This document shows positions 49,854 through 62,505 of a stretch of DNA of 64,000 bases, piece by piece. This stretch comes from Lama guanicoe (taxonomy: Eukaryota), in the NCBI GenBank assembly GCA_013239625.1, contig MU054212.1:9596898-9660897 (forward strand), read 5' to 3'. Position 1 is the stretch's first letter; every line of letters begins with the position of its first letter. The position numbers and the translations under genes are program-made. The notes beneath the pieces were generated by a model. It did not search any database. It was not told the origin of the DNA and saw only the letters and a program-made list of their open reading frames with translations.

Positions 49854-51801
49854 CGTGGCCACCTCCCTATCCTCTGGCCACACACACCCTTTCAAGCCCG
49901 TTGCTGGAACTCATTAGCATAACGGGCCACACCTTGGCTAGTGGGAGGGAGGGGCTGCCACTCCCTTAATACGGGGGAGTGGGAGGGCTTTCCAGGACTA
50001 CCAGATGCCAGAGGAGCGCTGCTTGGTTCTCTCTGGTCACGCCCCCTCTCCACCCCCTCCTCCCCGCACCCTCTGCTTCTGCCCCGAGCACCTTAGCACT
50101 CTCCACCCTGACCCCTCTGCTCCAGGGGACCTGCCCCAGTGCCCTGGAGTGTGGCCTCTGTTCATCAGTGAACCGGGATGTCCCGGGAGCCTGCTGTGCG
50201 CAGGCGCGTGGCCCCCACCTCCCCCGCTTTCCTGATGCTCCTTGAGGCATCTTGGCTGCCACCCCTCCACCTGGGGCAGAGTCAGCCCCTCGTGACAAGG
50301 CCTGGGGTCCTGTGTACATGAAACAGGGTGGGAGCTGACCTCCCAAGTTCCTGATGGCCAGTTTAAAGTGAGAAGAGATACTGAGAGAGAGAGGGGTCAG
50401 TCAACAAGGTTGAGAACTGGAGACACACCTGAAATGCAGGGATGGAGCCAGGTGCTCAGATGTGACAGGGACAGAAGAGGGTGCGTGTGGGAGGTGGGAG
50501 GCAGGCTTCAAACTACTCTCAAGCTGCCCAGCCCCACTCCCTGATGGGAACCCCCACCCACAGGCGGCCAGGCAGGCAAGCTGCCGAGCGGGCAGGGCTG
50601 CAGGACTGCAGGGCCCCTCAAATTTATGGCTCGACTTTATGACAATGGAAATATTTTTTTAATTGAGGTTTGCACCACCATTACACTGCTAATTTAATTA
50701 TTCCCTATATTTCATCCATCACCATCTGATCCTTAGGAAGCAAATAGCTTGTCTTCTTGACAAGAAAGCACCAAATAGATTAAAAGTGTCTATGGGAGGG
50801 GGGCTGGGCTGTGATTTGCTCACTGTGGCCGGACCTCTGGGTACCCAGGGGAGGAGGAGGGCAGAAGGAAGTGGGGAGCGGATGACTTACTCCCCAGCTC
50901 CGCTCAGTGTGGTCACCTCCTGTGAACCCATCCCCCGCAGCTGCACACTCACATCCATACCCACGCATACACCGTCACACACACACTGTCACCCGCACAC
51001 ACCTGCTCAGCCGTATTTACACACATAGCCTCAAGTGCACCAGCAAAGCGCTTGGCCCCACCCACGCTCAATCTGTCCCTAGGCCCAGGTGCAGGGAATC
51101 CTCGCTGGTCCCAAACACACACCACGCTTGTCAGTGTCTCACGTGGCTGCCTTGCAGAGGACACTGTCCGGAAATGGTCTGGGTCCCTCACGCTCCCTAG
51201 ATCCTTCCGGGTGGGCCCATGGAGTGTTCTGGGGATTGGGGTTCACTTTTGCACGTGATGCAGGGCTTCGAGCCTAGCCCGCCCCAGGGAAGAGGAACCA
51301 GCATCTCGCCCCCAGCCAACGCCCCAGGATACCCTCTGCCTGCCCCTCAGTGGATGCTGGGGGCACGTGTCCGTGGGTGTGGCCTTTGGGAGCCCACAGT
51401 GCCATTTATGGAGGTGCCCGGAGACAAGTGGCAGTTTCTCCACTTGATTCTTTGTCTTCTTCACTTGCCCCTGGAGCCCCGAGGTTGAGCGAGCTGGCCG
51501 TCCTCCCAGCCCTGTCACTCACGCCATCTCTTGGCCATCCCAGACTTGGCTCGATTTTCTAACAGTTTGGAGCAGGCAGGTCTTCCAGCCCCACCTGGAG
51601 GACAACCGTTTCTGAAGGGGGACTTGCTGGGGTTTCTTCTCTCTTTCCCTCTGCTGGGCGTCCAGGCCTGGCTGAGTCAAGGCTTGTTGGCTGGGACAAT
51701 CCCGCTGCTGGGTGAGTTGAGGGCATCTGTAGTGTGCTGGGGTCTGGCAAAGTTGCTGGGGAGCAAGGTTCAGCCAGGGGTGGGGGATGAGGCCAGAGTA
51801 C

Positions 51802-51852
51802 GGAAGGGAGGGAGGAAGGAAGGGAGGGAGGGAGGAAGGAAGGAAGGAAGGA
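51802..51852. repeat. (GGAA/GGGA)n polypurine tract
   Basis: Direct read. Confidence 0.9.
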
Positions 51853-54067
51853 GTCAGAACAGAGCCCTGTGTGGGAGGGAGCTGGATGCAGACTAATGGA
51901 GAGGAGCGAGGTGGAAGTGAGGGCGGGTGGAGGGGGTGGGTGCCCGTGGCGGTACTGCCATCAGTCATTGTGAAAGCTCCAGGTGCCCAGTGCAGGCCCG
52001 GCAGACCCCTGACCCAGCCTGATCAATCCTAATGGAATGGAGCAGAGGGGCAGCCGCCGGAGGGAGCGGGCCACCGTCCTCCCTGCGGTCCCTGTCCTTG
52101 TAGCCTTGTCAGCTGTCACGGCAGCCCAGAATGCACTGGCGGCCCACCTCAGTCATGTCTGGTCTCGTCTGGCTGGACGGGCTGCCACCAGACAGGGGAC
52201 ACGGGGAGGAGAGGGCAGGGAACGGACGACCTGGGGAGAGGACCCCCAGTCATAGCCATCAGTGGCCAGAGACAAAAGCATAAGGAACAGGCAGAAAGAG
52301 AGGTTTCTGGGCAAAAGGCCCCTATACTCGAATTCACACTTGTTTCCCAAGAGGGCCGTAGGGTCAGGGACCCCGAGCTGTCCCTTAACCACCAGGACAC
52401 ATGGACACATTGGCAGGAATTTGTCCCTCTTTAAGGAGCGGCTGCCACCCTTGTGCCTGCAGGAATTCACCCTGGAGTCCCTCTCACTTCTCTGAAGCCC
52501 CGCGAGCAGTGGCCGTCTGTCCTGTTTGCTCTGAACTGGGGTGGGGGCGGGTCCTGGCTCCCAGTCGCACTTGACAAGGCCCCGTGCGCCAGCGTGGACT
52601 CTGTGTCCCAGTTGTCCTGTCTTTCAGTCTGGGCGGCCTGGAATATTTCTGTCATGGCTGTGATCTGCTGGCCTGTCTGTCTCTTCCACCAGAACATGGC
52701 TTCCCTTGGCTATTCCTCTCGAGGCCCCGATTCCCAGCTCGGGGAGCAGAACCCAGCTGCAGCCCAACGGACACTGGCCCCGGGGGTGAGTTCTCCCCTC
52801 CTGAGCCCCCTCGGGCCCTGCACAGGGCCAGGCACACAGTCAGGGCTGGAGGAGGGCTGGTTTACTGAGTGTCCGATGAGGAGCAGAGGGAGGAGGGGAC
52901 TCAGGTGGAGGCAGAGCTGAGCAGACGGGGTGTGGCTGGGGGAGGGGGGAGGCTTCTCAGCTGCACCATTCTCCCTGCTGAGCCCACCCTGAGAGCCCAG
53001 ATCCAGGGCACAACTGGTCCCAGGGCGGCTTTTAGTGTGTGGAGCCGACAGCGGGAGGAGTGAGTGATGCTGCCTGCAACTGGGTCACAGGAACCGAATT
53101 CGGAGGACCCTGGGGGCCGGGGGCCTCTCTGCTCCCCTTCAACAAGGATCACTTCTGTGATGATGCTCGGGCTGCACGTGCTCCTCTCTGCTCCTCACTG
53201 CGACGGGGTGGGGGAGCAGAAGAGAAAAAGATTTTCCCTAAGAACATGCTGGGAGCTGAGTCCATGGGGGCTCCATCACCAGACAGGACGGAAACCCACA
53301 TTGCCCGCCTGGCCACACCCGGGACACATAAGAAAGTGCTTAGAGCGCCTCCCTCCACCATCCTCATTTGAACTCCTGGGTTTTTAATGTTTTTTTCATA
53401 TGTTTTGCATATGGGGTGACCACTGGACGTGCTGCTGAAATCCTCCTGTTCACGGGCACAGCCTGTAAGAGACACAGTGGAGCTTGGTGTGCATCCTGTT
53501 GAATCTGGCCCCTAAGAACCCAGCTGAGCTGAGCGAAGAGAGGGGAGCCCACTGCAAGCTGGAGTCTGCCTTCCTTAAAACAGTAGGCTGTTTCCTGCAT
53601 TTGGAAAATTCCTCTGTGCTCACAGGCAGATGAGATGTTGCCCTGGGCTGCCTGGCTGCTCTCCCGAGTGGGCCATTTCCCAGGAATTCCTGGTCCCCAA
53701 AGCACCAGACCTGAATATGCAAGAACTCATCCTGCAATTCACAAGCTCAGACCCATCTTGTCTGTTACAGTGATGCATGCGTGTACACACAGACACGTGC
53801 ATAGACACACCCACACACTGCATCTTCTGCTCTCGGAGGGCCAGGGTCTGTTTTAGTACTTCCTGAAGAAGGTGATCCTTGAAGGAAAGAGTGGGTTCAA
53901 AGGGGTGAGGAAGAGGGAGGAGGCAGAAGAGAAGCAGCCTGCTGTGCTGCTGAGCCTGTTTCGGGGGCTCTTCACGTCTTGGCCCAAAGTTGCCTCAGAG
54001 GGGATCCCCTGGCACTCCAGCTCGGACTGTCCCTTCCCTCTCTGCCCCATCACCTGCTTCATTCTTT

Positions 54068-54351
54068 GTAGTGATATTAAGAGGTGGGCTTTGGGGAGGT
54101 AATCAGGTTTCAATGTGGTCCTGACGGTGGGGCTGTCGTGATGGGATCAGTGCTTGATTTTCTCTCTGCCATATGAGGGCACAGTGAGAAGATGGTCATC
54201 TGCAACCCAGGAAAAGAGCCCTCACCAGGCAACCAACCCTGCCAGCATCTTGATCTTGGCCTCAGCCTCTTGAACTGTGAACGATAACTTTCTGTTGTTA
54301 CAGCCACCTGGTCTCTGGTATTTTGTTACACAGCTTGAGCTAACTGATACA
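54068..54351 (+). mobile_element. MLT1 (MLT1A-like) MaLR LTR
   Basis: gagaagatggtcatctgcaacccaggaaaagagccctcacca...tcttgatcttgg...gaactgtga...tggtattttgtta...taactgataca. Confidence 0.88.
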
Positions 54352-55184
54352 GGCACTATGTGTTGAATGAACACCTGGGTTGGGGGAACAGAACAGAGGC
54401 TTGGGGAAGAGCTCTGTTCCTCTCAGGAAGACCCTGGTGTCCTACTAGCTCCTGGTCAAGGGGTGACCAACTTAGCCTGGCAGCTAGCAGGGAAAGCCCG
54501 CCCTAGGCCACAGACTTCCTGATGGATGTGCCTGGGACTCGCTCAAAGCCACTCAGAATGGTGGAAATCTGAGATGGTATAAATGTTACCACTTTTGCTT
54601 TCCAGGGATTATCAATCAGGCTTGCCAAGGATTCACCAAAAAAATCCCTTTGGAGAATCAGCTCTCTCCTTGCTTTCATGAGATTCTGACACTAAATCAC
54701 CTTTGGGAGTCAAACTTTCTCCATCAGGAGGGGCTGTTCAGCCAGATACGGACGGAGTGGCTGGGATCTGCAGGAACCAGCACTCTTGGCACCCAGACCC
54801 AGGTCAGTGTGGGCAAGACTGGACTTGGGCTGCCAGGGGTACCAGGGGAACATGCTGCCCGTGGAGGGAGGGCTTTGCCAGCAGCCTGGGGTTCTACAGT
54901 CCCTGAGGCACTCGTCTGGGGGACAAGTCCAGGAGAGGCATGTGGGGTTGGGGTGGGGAGGTAGAAGGGTTACTGCCAGAGGCTGGTTTTTGCAGTTGAG
55001 CCTAGGGAGGGGGGTTGCAGATTCCTTCACCTCCTAACCAGCAACTCCCCACCCCAGCCTTGGCATCCTCTGAAGGTGAGTGGCACACTGGGGAGCCACA
55101 CATGCTGAGCACAGATAAAATTAGTAAGTGATATTCCTTTATGTGTGTGTGTGCGGTTTTTTTTTTTTTCCTTTTCCCAACAAC

Positions 55185-55725
55185 ACTGACATTTGCGACG
55201 GCAAAGGCCAAGGGAAGAAGAAAGGCACAAACACCCCACCTCCTCAGAGCGTAGCGCCAGCGGCCGGCTCTGGGATTTGCATGACAAAAGCACTCGACAA
55301 ACAACAACAAATTGCCAGCTTGTCGGAAGCCGCGGGGCGCTCGCGACAACTGGCGCGCTCTCCGGGCAGCGATCGGCTCCCGGGCCCGCAGAAGGGGCCC
55401 GCGACAGATGTTCAGGACCCGGGGCCGGCGGGCCTCGATGCCAGCGGAGCCGCGACCGCGGCCCCAGCGCGCTGCGCAACCGCCGCCGCCTGCTCGGGCC
55501 CAGCACCAGGGGCGGGGCGGCGGGGGGCGCGGGCAGAGAGCTGGGGAGGGGTTGGGAGATTGGGCCGCCCTTCTCTGGTTCACAGGCCGTCGCCTGCCCC
55601 TAGACCTGGCCTGCGCTTTGGGGCATTTGCCCCAGGCAGGCTGTGGGAGGGGGTCCCAGACGACAACCCGCCCTCGGCCCAGCGTCCCCGCCAGTGGGCA
55701 GCCCGGGTCCCCCTTCTTGCCGGGT
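55185..55725. promoter_or_regulatory. CpG island with Sox-Oct composite motif and G4-prone tract
   Basis: Very CpG-dense 55240-55530; ATTTGCATGACAAAA 55275-55289; G-runs ~55508-55564. Confidence 0.75.
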
Positions 55726-58700
55726 GTCCAGCCCTAAGGCTGGGCTGGGAGGGGAGAGCGGAGTGGCCCCTCCTTGTGGCTGCCTGGCTCCCCCCACGTG
55801 AGGCCCAGGCAGATGGCTAGCCAGAGCTAAATTGATTCATAATGATTTGTGTCTCTCCCCTGCCCGGAATGGGTAACTTTTCATTAGGGACACAGATGTC
55901 TTAATACCGCTATGCCAGTGTCCTCCTGAAGCAGCCCCAGCATCCATGCCACTCCATGGCAGACAGAGGTGGGGGTGCACAGGGGTGACCGGATGGGAGG
56001 CCTGGAGAGCCCTCGGGAAGGGTGCTGGCCCAGTAAGGTTGCTACCTCCAGGCCACTAAATGTGTGTGGCCCACTCCCTCACAGTGGAGTCCCGCCTGCC
56101 CCTGCTCCAGCCACTGGGGCCACCTCCTACCTCTGGGCTGTGTGTGTGCTCAGCCTTACTGCCTCTCCTTCAGCCCCTCTGGTGGCCCCTCTCTTCTTCC
56201 CAGCTTCCCTGCCATTCCCATGATATAATCCTAAGTGAGCTTCACCCCATTTCCAGGCCCTCCACTCCTGCTTCCAGATAATCCCCAAACTCTAGACCCC
56301 CAAGTCCACCCAGATGAGTGTGCTTCCGTAATGGAAAGTGGCACTCCAGCCCCACGGCCACAGGGGTTACCACAGCTGCCTGGTCTCGCCCACTATTTCC
56401 CTGTCTAAATATACCCTCACCAGGTCACCTCCCCTATGAAATGTCCACTCATTTCCCAGCAGAGCTGAGCCGCAGGGGGAGGACGCAGATCACTCTCGTG
56501 GTGGCTTCTCTGTATCTGCGCCCCACACTTGGTGCATACTAGGTGCTCATGGAGGTGTATAGACAGAATGAGTGGCAGCGTCTTGGTTTCCTCACTAGCT
56601 ATTGATCATTTTGGGATTAGGAGCCCCTCTCCAAGCTCCCCTTGTAAAAGCATCAAGCCCCCTGAGAGGTCGGTCAGGGAGGCAGGGAACACTAGGGTCC
56701 CCATCCCCAGGTGTGACTGTGTCACCTGGAGGTTTCCAGCCTGGGGGGAGGGCTCCTTCAGCTGTTGGGGGTCCTGAAGGCCAGTCCAAGCCTTTCTTGG
56801 TTGGTGGGGACCAGCTCTGCCTGCAGAGGCGTGAAGACACCAAGCAGCACACAACAGTACCAGACCCAGTTCTGATGCACCTGCCTACCTGCTCCCAGCA
56901 GAGGAGACAGGAGCGGGCATCTGGGCGCTCTGCCTTCCATGCTCCCCACAGCCCCCAGTGCCAGCCTGGGAGCCAAGTCATAGCCCCAGCCCGAATCCTG
57001 CTCTCCTGCTGCCCTGCCACCTCACGGACACTGCAGTTGCCTCTCACTCTTCCCAGGCATCTTTGCCCATCCCAGTTCCACCTGCTACCTCTCTCAGTTC
57101 TCATCTGTCGCGGTAACCAGGTCATGGACCCTGTCTTATTTGTGAGGGTGACTTCTTTCTCTCCATCCAGACCACGAGCGCAAGACCTCTGGCTTCTTAC
57201 ATTTCCTTGGGGACTCAGCAGAGGTACACTTGCGTGCACTTGCGGGATGCCTCCTGTGAGGCTGGAAGCTCCCCTGCTCCCCTCCCCTCGCCCCCACCCC
57301 ACACACTCTGACTCCTGGCCTCAGATTCCCTTGAGCGGCTGCATCGTGCAGCCCTCCAGCAGGTGCTGCCAGGCTCCAAGAACGTGTGGTTATAAGATGG
57401 GAACCCAGCTTCTTGTCCTAGCTGTGCCCTTTTCCCATCTGTAAATTTTGACTGCTGAGAACATGCCTCAAGATGGTAGGTGGGATTAGGCTCTGAAAAG
57501 GATTAGAAACAGACAAACATAAACAAGGGTGAGTCATGTCTCAAGGGCGGGGGAGCGAGCGGCGGGGAGGGCAAGGAGCTTGCAGGACTCACTGCTGTGG
57601 TCCCTGCATTGAGCTCAGCTTGGTAGGTGCTTAGCAAACCCTGATGGAGGGAACGCACTGGCCTGTCCTGCACTGCCCTTGTGAGAGACCGCAGGGAGGA
57701 GGCTGGTGGCTGGAGAGAGCGAGGGTCACTTGGGGGCCGTGGTTGGGGTCAGACTGGGCCAGGGGAATTGGGTTCTTTCCCCTGCTCCTTGTGGGTTGTG
57801 ATCCTGTGACTTCAGTGTCACCGACAACATGGCCAAACCACCAAGTGTTCCTTGCAGACAGCCCTCCCGGAGGAAGCCAAGAACACATCCTTTCCTCCTC
57901 CCCGGGCATCTCCCAGGCACACTCTCCCAGCTCATGTCTTTTGTTTTTCTTAATTAAAGTAGCAAGAGCCAGGATTCCGTCCCAGAAGGCGTGGCCTCGC
58001 GTCTGGATGTCTTCATTTGGGCTGTGTCATTGTTGTGCCCGCCTGCACTGGCAGCCAGACGCCGGGGCTCACGGGACCCAGTGGGGAGGTGAGCGTGGGA
58101 GCTGTGACCCACTGCGGCTCAGCCCACGTGCCTCCCCACTGCCCCCGTCACTGTCACTCCTAGCTTCCCACAAACCTCACCCCTCCCAAACCTCACAGGG
58201 CCTCTGATCTCCCCTCCGCGACGACGTGGAGCAACCGTTCAGTGCTGGACGCTCAGCTGTGGTCCTCGACTTTCCGAGCTCCCTCAGTGCCTGCACACCC
58301 AGCCCCTCACCTCTCCATTCAAGGAGTCCGAGTTGCATTCACTCACGGGGAGTCTTGGTGGACCTTTCAGTCCTTCAGGGAGATCTGCAGGGCCCTGTGG
58401 TATGGCTGGTGCTGGGCTGGACAAAGCATGGTCCCTGCCCTCCGGGAGTTTCCAGTCTAAACTGGGCAGGGGCAGGAGCGACTGAGTAGGTCAGGGAGGG
58501 CCTCCTGCCTTCTTTAGGCAGACGGCAGGCTCGGCTGGGGTGGGGCTGAGTTGGGACTGGAACCCAGGTCTGTCTCTGAGCCCCGTGCCTCCTAGGAATC
58601 CTGTGCCCTGACCCGGGGGTGAGGGGGGCAGGGGAACCTCGGTGTGTTTTGTTCTGACACAAGGTCACTCTGCTCTTTCAAGCAGGGGCTTCTCCAGCCC

Positions 58701-60249
58701 TCTGTCCTGATTGATTATGGGCTGCATCCTCCCTCCTGTCCCTCCTCACCCAGGCCTGGGCTGGGCAGCCGGGCTGTAAAGGGGCCCTGGGCCCATCCAG
58801 AGTATGAAGGGCAGGTGCTTCAGGGAGGACGAGTGTGCCAGGTGAGGGATGGGAGCTGCCAGCCCCGGCTGCTGGGAGGCAGGGAGAGCTTTTACGGCCC
58901 ATGAGGTCTGCCTCTCCTTCCCTTTTAATAATAGTCCAGCCAAATTACTTCCTCCTCTAAAGTTCTGGAGTTTGGAGGTCAGAAGGGAAGGGGGGCCGGG
59001 GAACATAAGCCAAAGCAGCCGGGATGACAGTGAAACTCCTGTCCTGGGTGGAAGGGCCAGTGCCTCCTGAGATGTTCTATTCCTGGGGATGGTTTCCGCT
59101 GAGGAGGCATCCTCCGTGCACGGCTGTGGCCCCACGCACATCGCTGCTCCCTGGCCTGACTCTGGACTGTGTGGGGCCGAGGGGAGCACACCTGCTTTCC
59201 TCCTGAGGAAGCAGCTAGCCCGGGATCCGTGGGAGGAGGCTCTCCGCTGTGGTCCAGGAGTGGGGCGGCTGGCTCCCCAAGAGCTGCAGCAGCTCCCTCC
59301 CTCTCCCCTCCTCCCAAGGATGGGTAGGCTAAGGGGGTGGGAGCAACACCACCAAAGACGCTGCCTAGAGTCCCTGGCCTTTGTCTCCAAGATGTGGGGA
59401 CTCACGGAGAGGTGGGCTTGGCGGTCACCCAGCTGCCACCACGAGCTGGGCCACTTTGGGCAGGTCCCTTCTCCTGCCAAGCCCTGTGCCCTTCAAGTCT
59501 GCAACAGGGTGACCACCTGCCCCCAGGGGGCTGAGAGGTCTAACGGTGCCCCAGATGTGCACACGCCCTGCAGACGGCCCTCCTGTCACACAGGTGGCCT
59601 CATCACGTTATGGCATCCCCCGTAGTACGCCTGCTCCTCCTCCCACTCTAGGAGACCCTCTTTCTGGTCAGCATCTACGGGGTCCCCCTTCTATGCCAGG
59701 CACTGTGCCAGATGCCAAGACACTTGAGCTGATTCACAAACAGGAGAATAGATCACAGTCATTTCTCATTCAGAAGTCCATCTCCAGCATGGTGCGGGCA
59801 TGCTGAGGGCACTTTTTACTAACAGCTGGACCACCAGTGGTTCAGAAACACAGGGCGCCCAAGACCCACCGGTCATTGTCCGCTGACCCGGGGTTGGCGT
59901 GTAACAGAGCCGCACATGGAGCCTTAACTCTTCTCGCGCCTTCCTAGGTGCACGACCCTGTCCCAGACCAGGAGGTGGGGTGCACAAGTGCTTCATCCAG
60001 GTGGCCGCTGAGAATACTGTGGTCCTGACTCCTGAACACACCTGTCTATCTAGCTGGCCATGTGACCTTGGGCAAACCAGTTCAGAGCCCCTAGCTTCAA
60101 TCTCCCCAGGCACATCCTCCCTGGATGTCTGCTCTGGCTCCAACATTCCCTGATACGCTGTTTCCCGCCCATGCAGGTGAGTCTCACGGGTTTAGGCTGG
60201 TGGAGGGCAGAGACACCAAGGGAAGAACAAAGACCAGGAGCAGACCAGA

Positions 60250-60668
60250 AGAGGTGGTTCATTTCCTGGGTCAGCCTGGCTGGGCTCTCACACCCAGTTA
60301 GCCAGCCAAACCCTAAGCCAGGTGTCGTTGTGATGAGATTTTGAAGATGTGGGTAACATCTACACAGACAGACTTTTAAGTTAAGGAGATTATTCTCCAT
60401 TATGTAGGTGGGCCTCATCCAAGCAGCTGAAGGGCCTTAAAAGCAAGCAGAGGTTTGCCAGAGGACAAAGAAATTCTGCCTCAAGACAGCAGTGGTAGTT
60501 CCTACCTGAGAGTTTCTGTCTGCTGGCCTGCCCTGCGGATTTCAGACTTACCAATGCCCTCATGATCACGTGAGCCAATCCCTTGAAATAACTTTTTATT
60601 ATCTATTAATACATATTATGTATTATGTCTGTGTGTATATACACCTTTAATGTATATTAACGTAGATT

Positions 60669-60706
<38 letters not shown>

Positions 60707-60742
60707 CTCCTATCGGTTCTGTTTCTCTAGAGAACTCTGATC
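60250..60742 (+). mobile_element. MLT2 (MLT2D-like) ERVL LTR
   Basis: gtaggtgggcctcatccaa...gaaattctgcctcaagac...ggcctgccctgcggatttcagactt...cgtgagccaatcccttgaaataa...tcctatcggttctgtttctctagagaactctga. Confidence 0.9.
60673..60704. repeat. (GT)16 microsatellite inside MLT2
   Basis: Direct read. Confidence 0.95.
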
Positions 60743-62337
60743 ACCTGGGCTCAAGAACACTTGAGAGAAATGTGTTTGTTACTTTCACGTTCTTTCAGCA
60801 AATACCGAGAAATCCATCAGGCAGCTGACTTCAGTCATGGAGACTCATTTGCCCCTGGGCACATCCATTGGTCTTAAATACGTTCTCTTCTTCACCAAGC
60901 CACCCAGGTCAGACATGGAGTTCTGGGTCCACCCTGTCCACCCAGATTCCTAGAGGCAACCTGGGGTCCATGATCCCAGACCCCGAGTGCATAAGGTTCA
61001 CTGGGCTATATAAATATATATTTAAAAATTTGACTGATATCTATTTTACTGGTCTGAGCAGGTGATGTTCTTTGTTTATGAGAGAAATTAGGCCAAATCC
61101 AACTTTTCCACAGATGGAGAAGCCTGAATTATTTATCGGAGGATCATGAATTTGGTTCTGGCAAATGGCAGAACCGAGGGCAGTGGATTTGTGTTTCATT
61201 GTTGGAACAGCTTGATCCCAGCAGGTCCTGGGCAGTCCTGACGCAGTGCTGGCTCCCGGCGGGGGCCGGTGGTGGGGACCCTTCCGCGGCTGTTTCTGCT
61301 GGACTCCATCCGTGGTTCCCTGGAGGAGGCCCTGACGAGGGCTTTGACCAGCCACTGGGATGCTCGGGTTTCTGGGCCCAGGTGAGTCTTCTTCAGTAAG
61401 AAGAGAAAGTGATGGAAATGAAGAAGATGGTCATTGCGACTTCCTTTCTTCCAACAGGCCATTCTTTCCTTTAAAACGGAACCCTTTGTGTGGGGGCTGC
61501 ATCCGGCAGCTCAGCCAGTACATACTGTGCAAAGGCCTGGTCCCCGGCTCCTGCCGGGGATAACAGCCTCGTGTGAGAGAGTGGGCTGTGTGTTGTTGGG
61601 GAAGGCCGCAGAAAAGCACCTTTCCATGTGACCTGGGCCACCTTAGGAACTCACACTAACTCATGCTGACCGCGCGCTGATCATGGGTCAAGTGCTGTCC
61701 AGGCGTTAATGTATTTAGTCCTGAGTACAGCCCTATGGGCCAGCTGCATAGACAGTGTGGACAGGGAAGGTCAGTGAGCCACAGGGCCCCAGCTCCTGAT
61801 CCCATCTGACACGGATCTGGGGGTTCCCTGGCACCAGCCACAAGCCAGAAAGTCCCCAGCCTTTAAGGTGCTTGTAGTGGAATGGGGAGATAGAAGAGGA
61901 ACAAATCCAGCACCCTTCCTACCCGACTGCACTCACTCTGGGCTGACTCCCACCTCCCTGCACTGCAGGCTTTTACCCAGCCCAGTAAAGAGAGGAGAGA
62001 CTTGTGATTCAAGCCCCGAGTTGCCTTGACCAGGGGCATGTGTTGATCTGTCAGGAGGTGGAGCCAGACCCCAGGTCTTCTAGCCTGTCCAGGAATGTCC
62101 CTCCCTGGCCATGCCCTGGCCTTAAAACCTCGCTATGAGTATCCCACCAGTTTGCTGGTGACCTGGGACAAATCGCTGCCCCTCAATGGGCCTCAGGCTC
62201 CCCCATTCGGTCCCTGGGCATCAGGACTCCTTGTCTCTGGGCTTCCTTCCTTTTTCATTTGCAGGGGCACCTGGAGGGGACCAGCTCCTTCTCACGATTC
62301 AGTGGGAATGAGCAAAGAGGCTGCCGAGTTGAGTCTT

Positions 62338-62505
62338 CTTTTTTAAAATTAATTTATTTTAGGATTTTTATTTAAATTTTGTTGTGGAGGAGGTCATTAA
62401 GTTTGTTTATTTTATCTTCTGTTTTTAAATGGAGGTAGTGGGGATTGAACCCAGGACCTAGTGCATGCTAAGCACGTACTCTACCAACAAGCTGTACCCT
62501 CCCCA
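62338..62505 (-). mobile_element. Vic-1-like SINE with target-site duplication
   Basis: tRNA-Ala-like head, A-rich body and tail; TGAGTCTT duplicated at 62330 and 62509. Confidence 0.9.
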
